From an uncultured Alphaproteobacteria bacterium (GTDB lineage: Bacteria; Pseudomonadota; Alphaproteobacteria; Rs-D84), in contig CALXMY010000002.1 of NCBI GenBank assembly GCA_944389595.1, forward strand, positions 150,338 to 214,337: 64,000 bases of DNA, written 5' to 3'. Of this stretch, positions 36,839 to 46,338 are shown one piece after another. Within the stretch, counting starts at the first letter, position 1. The number at the start of each line of letters is the position of its first letter. The notes beneath the pieces were generated by a model. It worked only from the letters and a program-made list of their open reading frames with translations, was not told the DNA's origin and ran no database searches. Both the position numbers and the translations under genes were made by a program.

Positions 36839-37132
36839 TTATTCGTCCATAACTTTTGGTACTGCAAAATAACCGCGGGATACCCCGGCGGTATCAGGAT
36901 CGTTTGCCAAAACCGCATCGCGAATATTGCCATCGGTCACCACGTCTGCACGGCGGGGTAATTTGTGTTCGGCCGGGTTTAACATTGGTTCAACACCGGT
37001 CGTGTCGATTTTTTGCAATTTATCCAGCCATTCAATAACCGAATCGATATTCATTTGTTCCAGTTTGTCATCTGTTATTTCAATGTGTATCAAATCAGCA
37101 AATTTTTGTAATTGTTGCTTGCTAAATGCCAT
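36839..37132 (-). CDS. gatC: Glutamyl-tRNA(Gln) amidotransferase subunit C
   Basis: MAFSKQQLQKFADLIHIEITDDKLEQM...DTTGVEPM GatC pattern. Confidence 0.75.
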   Translation of the reverse strand: MAFSKQQLQKFADLIHIEITDDKLEQMNIDSVIEWLDKLQKIDTTGVEPMLNPAEHKLPRRADVVTDGNIRDAVLANDPDTAGVSRGYFAVPKVMDE

Positions 37133-37184
37133 TTTGAATCCTATTCTGTTTATAATCTGTAAAAGTATCAAGGGGAATTATACA

Positions 37185-37637
37185 ATGATTTTGCCGAATT
37201 TCAACGATTTTCCGCGCATGGGGCGCATAATTGGAATTGATTGGGGCGCGCGTCGCACGGGGGTTGCGGTGTCTGATGTGTCGCGTGAATTTGTGTTTGT
37301 TCGTCCGGCGATTTTATCGGGACGGGGGGCGCAATCAATTGCACGACAAATCGCAGATTTGGCGCGTGTGGAAAATGCGGTTGGTATTGTATTTGGGTTG
37401 CCGTTGCATGCGGATGGTTCGCCGTCAGATACAACCGATGCGGTTCGTGCGTGTGCGGCGGAATTGTGTACATACGTCGATTTACCAATTGCGTTTATAG
37501 ATGAAACATTAACCAGTCGCGCCGCCCAGGATGATATGGGACGCGTGCGTGTTGCTGATATAAAACGTGGATTGGATTCACAATCTGCGCGTGTCATTTT
37601 GGAAAATGCAATTGCGGTTATGCGTCGTTTGAAATAA
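37185..37637 (+). CDS. ruvX: Putative pre-16S rRNA nuclease / Holliday junction resolvase-like YqgF
   Basis: IIGIDWGARRTGVAVSD...GLPLHADGSPS RNase H-like YqgF motifs. Confidence 0.75.
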   Translation: MILPNFNDFPRMGRIIGIDWGARRTGVAVSDVSREFVFVRPAILSGRGAQSIARQIADLARVENAVGIVFGLPLHADGSPSDTTDAVRACAAELCTYVDLPIAFIDETLTSRAAQDDMGRVRVADIKRGLDSQSARVILENAIAVMRRLK

Positions 37638-37674
37638 TAAAAAATGGCGGAAACGGTGCATACAGCACCGTTTA

Positions 37675-38721
37675 TTATTCGTCATTTTTATCCGGAATTT
37701 TCCCGTCGGCGGACAACAGTACCGCAATCCAACGTGTGGAATCAAATTGTGCGGTGATGATAAATATTGCAACCAATAATGGCACACTGAAAAACATGCC
37801 GGCCACACCCCAAATCATGCCCCAGAATACCAGGTTTATCAATATTGCCAATGTTGACAGGTTTAATGTTTTTCCCGTTAATTTGGGTTCCAATATGTTG
37901 CCAAATATAACTTGTAATGCGATTAATCCCGCCGCGGTCAGCAATGGCTGTTGTAATGATGGGGCGGTGACCAATGAATACAATATTGGCAATGCGCATG
38001 CGACAATGGCACCAATTGTTGGAATATAACTGGTGATAAAAACTATAAACGCCCATATACCCGCAAATTCAACGCCAATCATTTGCAGCCAGAAATATGA
38101 CAGCACGCCCGTGATTCCCGACAGTAACGTTTTCATAAATAAATATTTTTTCATATTATCGTCAATACTGTCGACGATAAAGCGGGCCTTTTTATATTCT
38201 TTTTTATTTGGAATTAATGCTGAAAATTTTTTGTTAAACGTGCTTTGTTCAACAAACAGGAATATCATATATACCAAAATCATGCCTGTGGATGTGACTA
38301 TGCCGGCAACAGATGCGCCAATTCCCGCGGCTATGTTTGCGATGTTTGGTATCATGCCCGCATCAAAATGCACGCCCAATGATTGGGACAGATAGTTTCC
38401 AAACTGTACAAATTTATGTTGTAATTCGGGCAGGGCGGCCGCCAATTCACGGAACATTGGTTGAATTTGTGTTGCAAAGAAATATAACAATCCGCACATA
38501 GCCAATACCGACAAAATATTTGATACCCAATCAAATGTGCGTGCCACAATTGGCCGTGTTACACGCATCTTTGCCGAATTAAATGGAAATAATTTTCGTA
38601 CGTACGTTGCGGTGGCATTTATCAAATACCATAAGAATGTTGCAACCAACAATGGTATCAGAATTGATCGGCCCAGCCACAGGAACATAATCAATGCGAC
38701 AAATAAAATTATTCCATTCAT
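37675..38721 (-). CDS. AI-2E family transporter (PerM/UPF0118)
   Basis: 8-TM permease with AI-2E-like topology and motifs. Confidence 0.6.
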   Translation of the reverse strand: MNGIILFVALIMFLWLGRSILIPLLVATFLWYLINATATYVRKLFPFNSAKMRVTRPIVARTFDWVSNILSVLAMCGLLYFFATQIQPMFRELAAALPELQHKFVQFGNYLSQSLGVHFDAGMIPNIANIAAGIGASVAGIVTSTGMILVYMIFLFVEQSTFNKKFSALIPNKKEYKKARFIVDSIDDNMKKYLFMKTLLSGITGVLSYFWLQMIGVEFAGIWAFIVFITSYIPTIGAIVACALPILYSLVTAPSLQQPLLTAAGLIALQVIFGNILEPKLTGKTLNLSTLAILINLVFWGMIWGVAGMFFSVPLLVAIFIITAQFDSTRWIAVLLSADGKIPDKNDE

Positions 38722-38765
38722 GATAAAACCTCCTGTGCGTTGTATATGTGCATCCAGCGCGTTTT

Positions 38766-39674
38766 TTATTGTACACTGGTTGGTGCAATATCACTGATGT
38801 TCATTGCAATGTTCATGGTATTATTTGGTGCGGTGGCAGCAAACAATATAACGCCAATTAATATTAATATGTTTACCGCAATTGCAACATATGTATATAT
38901 TTTTTTGAAATGTTGGCGAAATGTGGACAGCCCGGCAAAGCGATACCATAATGCAAATATAATCGCGCTGCACATTGTCAGCATTGTCATGCGAAAACCA
39001 AAAAAGAATCCGGAATAAATTGTTATTAATACAAAAGATGCCGTTACATGCGTCGGTGTTGCAATAATCCAATCTGTTAATTTTGAATACCATTTTGCGT
39101 GCACTGAAACCGATGAGTTGCTTTTGTTTTTATCGTCCATCAGATATCCGGGTATCCACAACATGCCCAATCCAAATGGAATTGTTAATATTATTTGCCA
39201 TGGTGCCAACCCCATTTCGCGGCATCGTTGATATTTTGCATACAGGTTTGTTAAACATATGCCACATAAATACATGAAAAACAGACCAACAAAAATTATC
39301 AGGCTGAAAAAGACATTCGGATTTATTGACCCGTATAATGCCAGTTTTGCAACCATTTGATTTTGATATGCGTATGCAATCAAAAATGCGGCAATCCAAA
39401 ATAAAGTAGTGGTCAAAAATATTTGTGCATTATTTAATGCGACAAAACCCCGTCTGTCCATATTACCGCGTGGCATGGCCCAAAAAGTTAATGCGGCGGC
39501 ACATGCCATTGATATTAATATTGCCATGGTTATTGGCCAGTTATTGTCCACATTTGGTATGGTCAGATTTAAAATAATTGTTGTCAGCATTATTAACAGA
39601 AATGCAATAACCGCAAATTTAAATGGGTGCCACAGTAACCATTTTAATATTGATTGTGATGGTTCAGGTTTCAT
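38766..39674 (-). CDS. Hypothetical polytopic membrane protein
   Basis: approx 8 predicted TM helices; no family assigned. Confidence 0.45.
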   Translation of the reverse strand: MKPEPSQSILKWLLWHPFKFAVIAFLLIMLTTIILNLTIPNVDNNWPITMAILISMACAAALTFWAMPRGNMDRRGFVALNNAQIFLTTTLFWIAAFLIAYAYQNQMVAKLALYGSINPNVFFSLIIFVGLFFMYLCGICLTNLYAKYQRCREMGLAPWQIILTIPFGLGMLWIPGYLMDDKNKSNSSVSVHAKWYSKLTDWIIATPTHVTASFVLITIYSGFFFGFRMTMLTMCSAIIFALWYRFAGLSTFRQHFKKIYTYVAIAVNILILIGVILFAATAPNNTMNIAMNISDIAPTSVQ

Positions 39675-39712
39675 GAAAAATCCCCTTTGTGTGTTCAGGT
39701 TATAAATCTGTA

Positions 39713-40405
39713 TTATTTTATCATAACTTTGCCATGTGATAAAGTTGTTATATTTGTTGGATGAACTAAATCCGTAAAGTTTTTTTGATGGCTGATGAAT
39801 AAAAATGTTGTATTTGGCATTTCACGCATAGCTTCAACGATTTGGTTTTGTGTTGCGGCATCTGCGCCGGAATCCGGTTCGTCCAAAATTGCCAATTTCG
39901 GTTCCGTCATAATCAGCCGCAATAACATCAGGCGTTTTCGTTCCCCACCGGAAAATCCAACGTTAATGCCGCGATTCAGCCATTCTTTTGGTATATCTAA
40001 TTTTTCACGTACTGATTCCAATTTGGTTAAAAATTCCCCCATTGATAAATCGCGACCGGTATTAAAATGTTGATGTGCAACCATGGAATGTTTTAAAAAA
40101 CTGAGTACGGTTAATCCCGGAATTTCCGGAACATTTTGTGCCCCCAGAAATATTCCCATCAATGCACGTGTGGTTATATTTTCATGCGTTATATCGCGGC
40201 CATCAAATATAATTTGTCCCGCATCCACCGTATATTCGGAATTTCCCGCAATTGTACCAACCAATGTGGATTTCCCAGAACCGTTATGGCCCGACAGTAA
40301 ATGTCGTGCACCATGTGAAACAGTCATATTTATATCATCCAGCAATTTTTTGCCGTCCAATGATACGGATAAATTTTTTATTTCCAAAATATTTGTTTTT
40401 TTCAT
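39713..40405 (-). CDS. sufC: Fe-S cluster assembly ATPase SufC
   Basis: Walker A GHNGSGKST, ABC signature FSGGERKR, Walker B ILDEPDSG. Confidence 0.8.
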   Translation of the reverse strand: MKKTNILEIKNLSVSLDGKKLLDDINMTVSHGARHLLSGHNGSGKSTLVGTIAGNSEYTVDAGQIIFDGRDITHENITTRALMGIFLGAQNVPEIPGLTVLSFLKHSMVAHQHFNTGRDLSMGEFLTKLESVREKLDIPKEWLNRGINVGFSGGERKRLMLLRLIMTEPKLAILDEPDSGADAATQNQIVEAMREMPNTTFLFISHQKNFTDLVHPTNITTLSHGKVMIK

Positions 40406-41739
40406 TTTCGTTCCAATGCCATTTGAATTAATTGTTTCGATTCCACCAAAAATTCCATTGGTAATCGCGATATTACGGGGGCCGCCGTGGCACCAATTAT
40501 TAATGCAGTGGCCGTATCTTCGTCAATACCCGATTGCATTAAAAATTGCAGTTGGCGCGCATCGATTGCACCGGTTGTTGCCTCGTGACTTTGCAGATTT
40601 TCGCCGTTTCCGTGTACAATTGTTGGAATTGTGTTTGCGGTTGCATTGTTGCCAATTAAGCGGGTGTCGCATTTTGACGCATTTTTTCCGCCACGGCCGG
40701 TAAAACTGACCAAACTGCGAAATGTTTGGCGCGATGTGTCCGTTGCCACGCCATATGATACAATGTTTGATACCGTGTTATTGCCAATGTGAATCATTTT
40801 TGTTCCGGTATCGGCCTGTTGCCCGCCACGTGTTATTGACAGTGAATAAAAATCTGATGCCGCCCCATCACCCGCCAGAATTGTTGATGGATATTTCCAT
40901 GTCATTGCAGAACCGATTTCAACCTGGGTCCAATCCAGTCGGGCATTTTTATCGCAACGCCCACGTTTGGTTACAAAATTTAATATGCCACCAGTTGATG
41001 CATTTTTTTTATTATTGGTCCAGTTGCCGGCGTACCAATTTTGTACGGTTGCATATTTTACGTATGCGTCGTCATGTGCGATAATTTCCACAACACCACT
41101 GTGTAATTGGTGATTTGGGCGACGTGGCGCACTGCAGCCCTCCATATAACTTAATTCGGCACCCGTATCAGCAATTATTAATGTGCGTTCAAATTGTCCG
41201 ATTTTTGCGGTTTCGATTCTGAAATAACTGGCCAAATCAATTGGGCATTTGGTGTGTGGTGGAATATATACAAATGTACCGTCTGAAAATACCGCAGCAT
41301 TTAATGCGGCAAAAAAATTATCTGTGGCCGGGACAACAGTGCCCAAATATTTTTTTACCAAATCAGGATGTATTTTTACCGCATCGGAAAATGGTAAAAA
41401 TATTATTCCCAATTTGTTCAATGTGTCTGTATATGATGTATGAACAGAACGACTGTCAATTACGGTATCTGTTGCCATACCCAACAGGGCGTTTTGTTCA
41501 TTTTTGGGCAAACCCATTTTTTCATATGTTGCCCGCAAGTCTGAATTATCAATTGGCTTTGGTTCGTTATAATAATTTAATTCATCATAATTAATTGGGG
41601 CATAATCAATTTCGGCCCAATGTGGTTCGTGCATTTTTTGCCATGCACGTAATGCGGCAATTCGCCAATCCAGCAACCAATTTGGTTCGCCACGCATATT
41701 TGATATTTCACAGACAAGTTTTTCAGATAATTTTGCCAT
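40402..41739 (-). CDS. sufB: Fe-S cluster assembly protein SufB
   Basis: SufB/SufD beta-helix family with C-terminal ...PMEFLVESKQLIQMALE; located immediately upstream of sufC. Confidence 0.7.
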   Translation of the reverse strand: MAKLSEKLVCEISNMRGEPNWLLDWRIAALRAWQKMHEPHWAEIDYAPINYDELNYYNEPKPIDNSDLRATYEKMGLPKNEQNALLGMATDTVIDSRSVHTSYTDTLNKLGIIFLPFSDAVKIHPDLVKKYLGTVVPATDNFFAALNAAVFSDGTFVYIPPHTKCPIDLASYFRIETAKIGQFERTLIIADTGAELSYMEGCSAPRRPNHQLHSGVVEIIAHDDAYVKYATVQNWYAGNWTNNKKNASTGGILNFVTKRGRCDKNARLDWTQVEIGSAMTWKYPSTILAGDGAASDFYSLSITRGGQQADTGTKMIHIGNNTVSNIVSYGVATDTSRQTFRSLVSFTGRGGKNASKCDTRLIGNNATANTIPTIVHGNGENLQSHEATTGAIDARQLQFLMQSGIDEDTATALIIGATAAPVISRLPMEFLVESKQLIQMALERK

Positions 41740-41745
41740 TTGTTG

Positions 41746-42291
41746 TTATTCTGTTGTTTGTGCGGCCAGTTGTTTTGCCTGGGCAAAAAATGTCAGCGAT
41801 TGCCCCAACAAACCGTCTGTGAATGTCGCAGCCAAGATTCCGTCGGGGTCGGTTGTTGTTAAATGATTTAAAAATCCGTCTGCGCGGTTCATGTAATTAT
41901 CAATACTGCGCGAAACTTCGGCATCCAATTTTATGCAGCGGCGTAATTTTTCCAATGCAAATGGATTTTTTGCGTATTCATCCATTATACCACCCAGTGC
42001 GCGCCATAATGGATGTTCGTTTGTGTTGCGCGGCATTACATCAATTGCCGCCATAATTGGAATCAGGTTTTGTAATAAATCCTGGTAAATCATTTCGGCA
42101 TTTTCGGCAACCGCATTTGTCGCAGATTTATTTTTTAATATTGATTGTATTTTTATTATAAGGTTGTTTTGATAATTTAATGTTTTTGCCATGCCGCGTT
42201 CGCGGGCAATTATTAAATATATAAAATATGCCATAATAATTTGAATCAATAAAATAACGCCGATTCCAATAGTGATAATCATATCCTGCAT
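41746..42291 (-). CDS. Hypothetical membrane-anchored protein upstream of sufB
   Basis: Single N-terminal TM; no family. Confidence 0.4.
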   Translation of the reverse strand: MQDMIITIGIGVILLIQIIMAYFIYLIIARERGMAKTLNYQNNLIIKIQSILKNKSATNAVAENAEMIYQDLLQNLIPIMAAIDVMPRNTNEHPLWRALGGIMDEYAKNPFALEKLRRCIKLDAEVSRSIDNYMNRADGFLNHLTTTDPDGILAATFTDGLLGQSLTFFAQAKQLAAQTTE

Positions 42292-42474
42292 AAAAACACC
42301 CCGTAATTTATTTTGTTATCGTTTTAGTATAGCATTTTTTAGCGATTCGTGCGATTTTATCTTTTGCATAAATTTTGTTAAAAAATCTGATGCGTTTTAG
42401 TCTTGCACAGATTCGGTCAAGTTGTTATAATAATACATAATAATATGATAACGCGTTCAGGAAAGGAAGTTTTT

Positions 42475-43557
42475 ATGTTCCGTAAATTTTTAATTGTTGC
42501 AATGTTGGCAACCGCTGCGGGCTATTGTTTCGCGGCTGAAAATCCACCCCAGGTTGTGACATCAGAAGTTTTTTATTCACAGCAACCGGTACAAACGGAT
42601 GCACAAAGTGCGCAGACATCGGATGAAAATGCCGCACAGCAAATTCCAGTGTGGCCGATTGCGGGCACCGATGCGGACATCGAAATTGCGTACGAGGGTA
42701 ATCCTTTGTCCGCCAGTGACAAGGACAATATTCGCATTGTGTCGAAAATAGGTGCCGATTTGGTTGTTGAAAATAATTTTAATTTAGGGTCCACGGCGGA
42801 CGGTGATTTTAATGGTTGGTCTGGGGGGGCAAATATGTTGCATGGTTCCCAGGTGCCGGCCGGATTTGATGACCCGTGCAACAGTGGAACTGAAATGCCG
42901 TTGCTGTCGCGTGAAATGTTGGAGGATGATGGCGGTTCGGTTTTGTCTGTTGCGCGCAGCAGTCGCCAGGATTGCAATAAATATCGCAATGGGTACGAGG
43001 CGTTTATGGCAAAAATCGGTATGAGCAAAGAGGAAATTGCCGCCGCAAACGATGCAAATACCAGTGTTTATATTGATTCCGATGGTAATACGGTGGAATT
43101 GGTCAGTGAAAAATATTATTTGAATACTGATGGAAATGTGGTTGACCGTGAAACAGATGAAGTGCAATTGGCATTATATGTTGATAATGATGGAAATGTG
43201 GTCGATCGCGTGACCGGGAATATTGTTGACAGAACAACGGCAAATATGGAAATTGCTGTGGATGTTAATGCGGACGAAGAGGCCCCAACCATTGTTTTAG
43301 ACCAGGTGCGTTCGTGGGTTGTTGCCAGTGGCCAAACTTTGCGCCAGGTTTTACAAGATTGGTGTAATAAAGAAGGATGGGATTTGGTTTGGGCGACATC
43401 ACGCGAATACCCAATAGAGGCCAGTGCCGTATTCAAGGGACGTTTTGTTGATGTGGCATCTGCGCTGGTGCGTAATTTTGCGCGCGCAACACCGATACCA
43501 TATGCTAAATTTTATAAGGGTAATCGTGTTTTGGTGATTTCAACAACCGAAGAATAA
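42475..43557 (+). CDS. Secreted protein, possible TcpQ/PilL-like secretin partner (tentative)
   Basis: Signal peptide MFRKFLIVAMLATAAGYCFAA; C-terminal domain TIVLDQVRSWVVASGQTLRQVLQDWCNKEGWDLVW... ; immediately upstream of lipoprotein secretin; RBS aggaaggaag. Confidence 0.35.
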   Translation: MFRKFLIVAMLATAAGYCFAAENPPQVVTSEVFYSQQPVQTDAQSAQTSDENAAQQIPVWPIAGTDADIEIAYEGNPLSASDKDNIRIVSKIGADLVVENNFNLGSTADGDFNGWSGGANMLHGSQVPAGFDDPCNSGTEMPLLSREMLEDDGGSVLSVARSSRQDCNKYRNGYEAFMAKIGMSKEEIAAANDANTSVYIDSDGNTVELVSEKYYLNTDGNVVDRETDEVQLALYVDNDGNVVDRVTGNIVDRTTANMEIAVDVNADEEAPTIVLDQVRSWVVASGQTLRQVLQDWCNKEGWDLVWATSREYPIEASAVFKGRFVDVASALVRNFARATPIPYAKFYKGNRVLVISTTEE

Positions 43558-43584
43558 TTACTCTTGCCGTAGGAGAAAAGAAGT

Positions 43585-45213
43585 ATGACCAACCCGATAA
43601 AATATTTTGTTATGTGTGCAATAATGGGGCTGAGTGTCGCGGGGTGCACAACAAAAGAATCTGCCAAGGTTGCGGCATCTGTTGACCAGGATTTTATTAA
43701 TGCATATGATGCGTTTGAAATGTCAAAAAATCCGCCGGCCAAGGTCGCCAGTGGTGATACTGTTACCATGTCCGAAGGTGTGTGGTTGGGTGCGTCGTCA
43801 ACGTTATTGGAACATCGTAATAATTTGCCGTCACAATTTGAATCCAATACCGGGATTACAATATTATTAAATGAACCGGTAACATTACAGGCATTGGCAA
43901 ACGATATTACGTCAATTACCAAAATTCCGGTAAAAATTGATAATCAAATTAATTCTGAAAAATTAAGAAAAACAATAAATGTTGCATATACAGGCAGCTT
44001 ATCAGGGTTGTTATCGCAAATCGCAACTGATTTAGATTTATTATGGTATTACGATAAATCCGCAATCGTTTTTTATGAAACAGAAACCAGAACGTTTACA
44101 TTATATGCATTGGGGACGGATGTTTCGTATCAAACCGCGGTTGAAACAGACGATGGAAATACAGTGTCGTTGGAATCCACATTAAAGGAATGGGATGAAA
44201 TTGAAAACGCGTTGGGTACCATCATCGGAAATGTTGATAATGCTAATTTTACAGTGTCGCGCAGTTTGGGGACAATTACTGTTACCGCGCCACCATCAAC
44301 ATTGGCACGTGTCGAAGATTATATTGCACGTCAAAATAGACGGTTGTCGCAATTGGTGACAATTGATGTAAAGGTTTTACAGGTGTCTGTATCCAATGAT
44401 TCGGCATTTGGATTGAATTTGGCGGCCGCGATTAATTCTGCGTCGGGGTTAAATATTGTTGCAAATCCGAAAAATAATTTAAGCAACACAGATGCCAGTT
44501 CAATGAATATTGCGGTTCTGTCAAATACGGTATCTGCGATGACGGGTGCCACGCACCAAGAAGGCAACAGCACTGTTTCAGGGGCATATACCCAGGATCA
44601 AATTAAAAATGGTTCGTTGTCTGGATTGGCGGGCACGGATGCATTGATTCAGGCACTGGCCAAGCAGGGCAAAGTGTCGTTGGTTACAAATGTTGGTGTT
44701 ACAACACGAAACAATCGGGTTGCGCCGGTAAATAATACGCGTACAACGGGGTATATCAAACGTTTTGAATCGCGTAACTTTACAACTGTGGAATCCAGCA
44801 CTGTTGACCAGGATGATTTGGAAACCGGTTTTTCAATGCAGCTGCTGCCCAATGTTTTGGAAAACGGCAAAATATTGTTGTTGTTCAGAATGTCGGTGCG
44901 TGAATTGCTGCGTATGCAGACACAAACAATTGGCGAAGTTACATTGCAATTGCCCGAGGTTGAAGAGCGCAGTTTCATGCAGGAAGTTATAATGGAATCC
45001 GGACAAATGTTGGTTGTTTCTGGTTTTGAAAAACAGGAAAACAACGACACGCGTTATGGATTGGGTGATCCGGACTTTATGGCGTTGTCTGGGTCGCGTG
45101 AAACATCGGCCACGCGTGATGTGTTGGTGGTTATATTGACACCCCAGGTATTGGTCAGTCCAATGGATGCAGAACGCACAATACAACAACATTGGGGGGC
45201 ACCGCTGAATTAA
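43585..45213 (+). CDS. Lipoprotein secretin (type IVb pilus / BfpB-TcpC-PilN-like)
   Basis: Lipobox LSVAGCTT; C-terminal secretin domain ...SGQMLVVSGFEKQENNDTRYGLGDPDFMALSGSRETSATRDVLVVILTPQVL (cf. DGqtvvlGGL..d...VPiLGDIP.LG.LF......ELLIFiTP.IV). Confidence 0.6.
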   Translation: MTNPIKYFVMCAIMGLSVAGCTTKESAKVAASVDQDFINAYDAFEMSKNPPAKVASGDTVTMSEGVWLGASSTLLEHRNNLPSQFESNTGITILLNEPVTLQALANDITSITKIPVKIDNQINSEKLRKTINVAYTGSLSGLLSQIATDLDLLWYYDKSAIVFYETETRTFTLYALGTDVSYQTAVETDDGNTVSLESTLKEWDEIENALGTIIGNVDNANFTVSRSLGTITVTAPPSTLARVEDYIARQNRRLSQLVTIDVKVLQVSVSNDSAFGLNLAAAINSASGLNIVANPKNNLSNTDASSMNIAVLSNTVSAMTGATHQEGNSTVSGAYTQDQIKNGSLSGLAGTDALIQALAKQGKVSLVTNVGVTTRNNRVAPVNNTRTTGYIKRFESRNFTTVESSTVDQDDLETGFSMQLLPNVLENGKILLLFRMSVRELLRMQTQTIGEVTLQLPEVEERSFMQEVIMESGQMLVVSGFEKQENNDTRYGLGDPDFMALSGSRETSATRDVLVVILTPQVLVSPMDAERTIQQHWGAPLN

Positions 45214-45245
45214 AAATCGCCCAGTTGGGCGATTTTAATTTTGTA
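45214..45245 (+). terminator. Terminator after secretin gene
   Basis: atcgcccagttgggcgat followed by tttaatttt. Confidence 0.55.
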
Positions 45246-45249
45246 TACG

Positions 45250-45290
45250 TAAAATACCGCCCAAATGGGCGGCGATTTTTTTCAGAATTC
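45250..45290 (-). terminator. Terminator after rpsT (minus strand)
   Basis: ccgcccatttgggcgg followed by T-run on minus strand. Confidence 0.55.
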
Positions 45291-45301
45291 TGAAAACGTA
45301 A

Positions 45302-45562
45302 TTATGCCATTTTGGCAACACGTTTGGTCAGACGAGAAATCTTGCGCGAGGCACGTTTTTTCGGCATAATTTTGCCCGCAGATTTCATTATACGACTTTC
45401 GGCATTACGCAGTGCCGTTGTTGCGGCCGCTTTGTCACCAGATTCGACAGCCACCAAAACCTTTTTCGCAGCGGTTTTCATTGTGCTGCGACGTGCGTTG
45501 TTAACGGCGTTTTTCTTTGCCGTTACCAGAATTCTTTTTTTAGACGATTTGTGATTTGCCAC
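45302..45562 (-). CDS. rpsT: 30S ribosomal protein S20
   Basis: MANHKSSKKRILVTAKKNAVNNARRSTMKT... Confidence 0.85.
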   Translation of the reverse strand: MANHKSSKKRILVTAKKNAVNNARRSTMKTAAKKVLVAVESGDKAAATTALRNAESRIMKSAGKIMPKKRASRKISRLTKRVAKMA

Positions 45563-45635
45563 TTTATTTTCCTTTTATTTGGTCACATTTTTTGTTATTT
45601 TATAGAAAACAAACATAAAATCAAGGAAAAATAAA

Positions 45636-46244
45636 ATGATGACAATATCTGATGGTTGGATTGCGGTGTTAACAATCGTGGTCGCGTACTTGTTGGGTTC
45701 AATTCCAATGGGATTAATTTTAACAAAAATCACGGGGCGGGGCGATTTGCGCCGTGTGGGCAGTGGCAATATCGGCGCAACGAATGTTTTGCGCGTTGGT
45801 GGGCTGCGTTTGGCGGCAATTACGTGGATTTTGGATATGACCAAGGCGATAATTGCGGTTTTAATTGGCGCAAATGTTGGTGGGGCGATATTTGGCGCAT
45901 GGTGTGGATTTGCGGCAATTGTTGGACATTGTTACCCAATATGGTTGGGCTTTCGTGGTGGCAAGGGGATTTCTTCGTTATTTGGGGTGTTGTTAATTAC
46001 ATCGCCATTGGCATTTATAACGTGCGGGGTTGAATGGCTGATTGTGGCGTTGACATCTGGTTATTCGTCATTGGGGGCGGTTGTTGCGTTTTGTTTAATG
46101 CCAATTTTGGGATTTGTAATAGATATTAATATGGGGTGGCCATTTTTGGCAATTGCGTTGCTGTGCCTGTGGCGACATCGTGGGAATATTAAACGGTTGC
46201 TTGACGGGACAGAATCGAAAATAGAATGGAAGTGGAAGAAGTGA
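45636..46244 (+). CDS. plsY: Glycerol-3-phosphate acyltransferase PlsY
   Basis: GSGNIGATNVLR and CYPIWLGFRGGKG motifs. Confidence 0.85.
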   Translation: MMTISDGWIAVLTIVVAYLLGSIPMGLILTKITGRGDLRRVGSGNIGATNVLRVGGLRLAAITWILDMTKAIIAVLIGANVGGAIFGAWCGFAAIVGHCYPIWLGFRGGKGISSLFGVLLITSPLAFITCGVEWLIVALTSGYSSLGAVVAFCLMPILGFVIDINMGWPFLAIALLCLWRHRGNIKRLLDGTESKIEWKWKK

Positions 46245-46338
46245 AAAAGAAAGATATATTTTTTTATTATATGTATTTAGTCTTTATTTCTTGGGTATTT
46301 TATGGTATAATGCGAAAAAGAAAATCAGGGAAAGAGAG

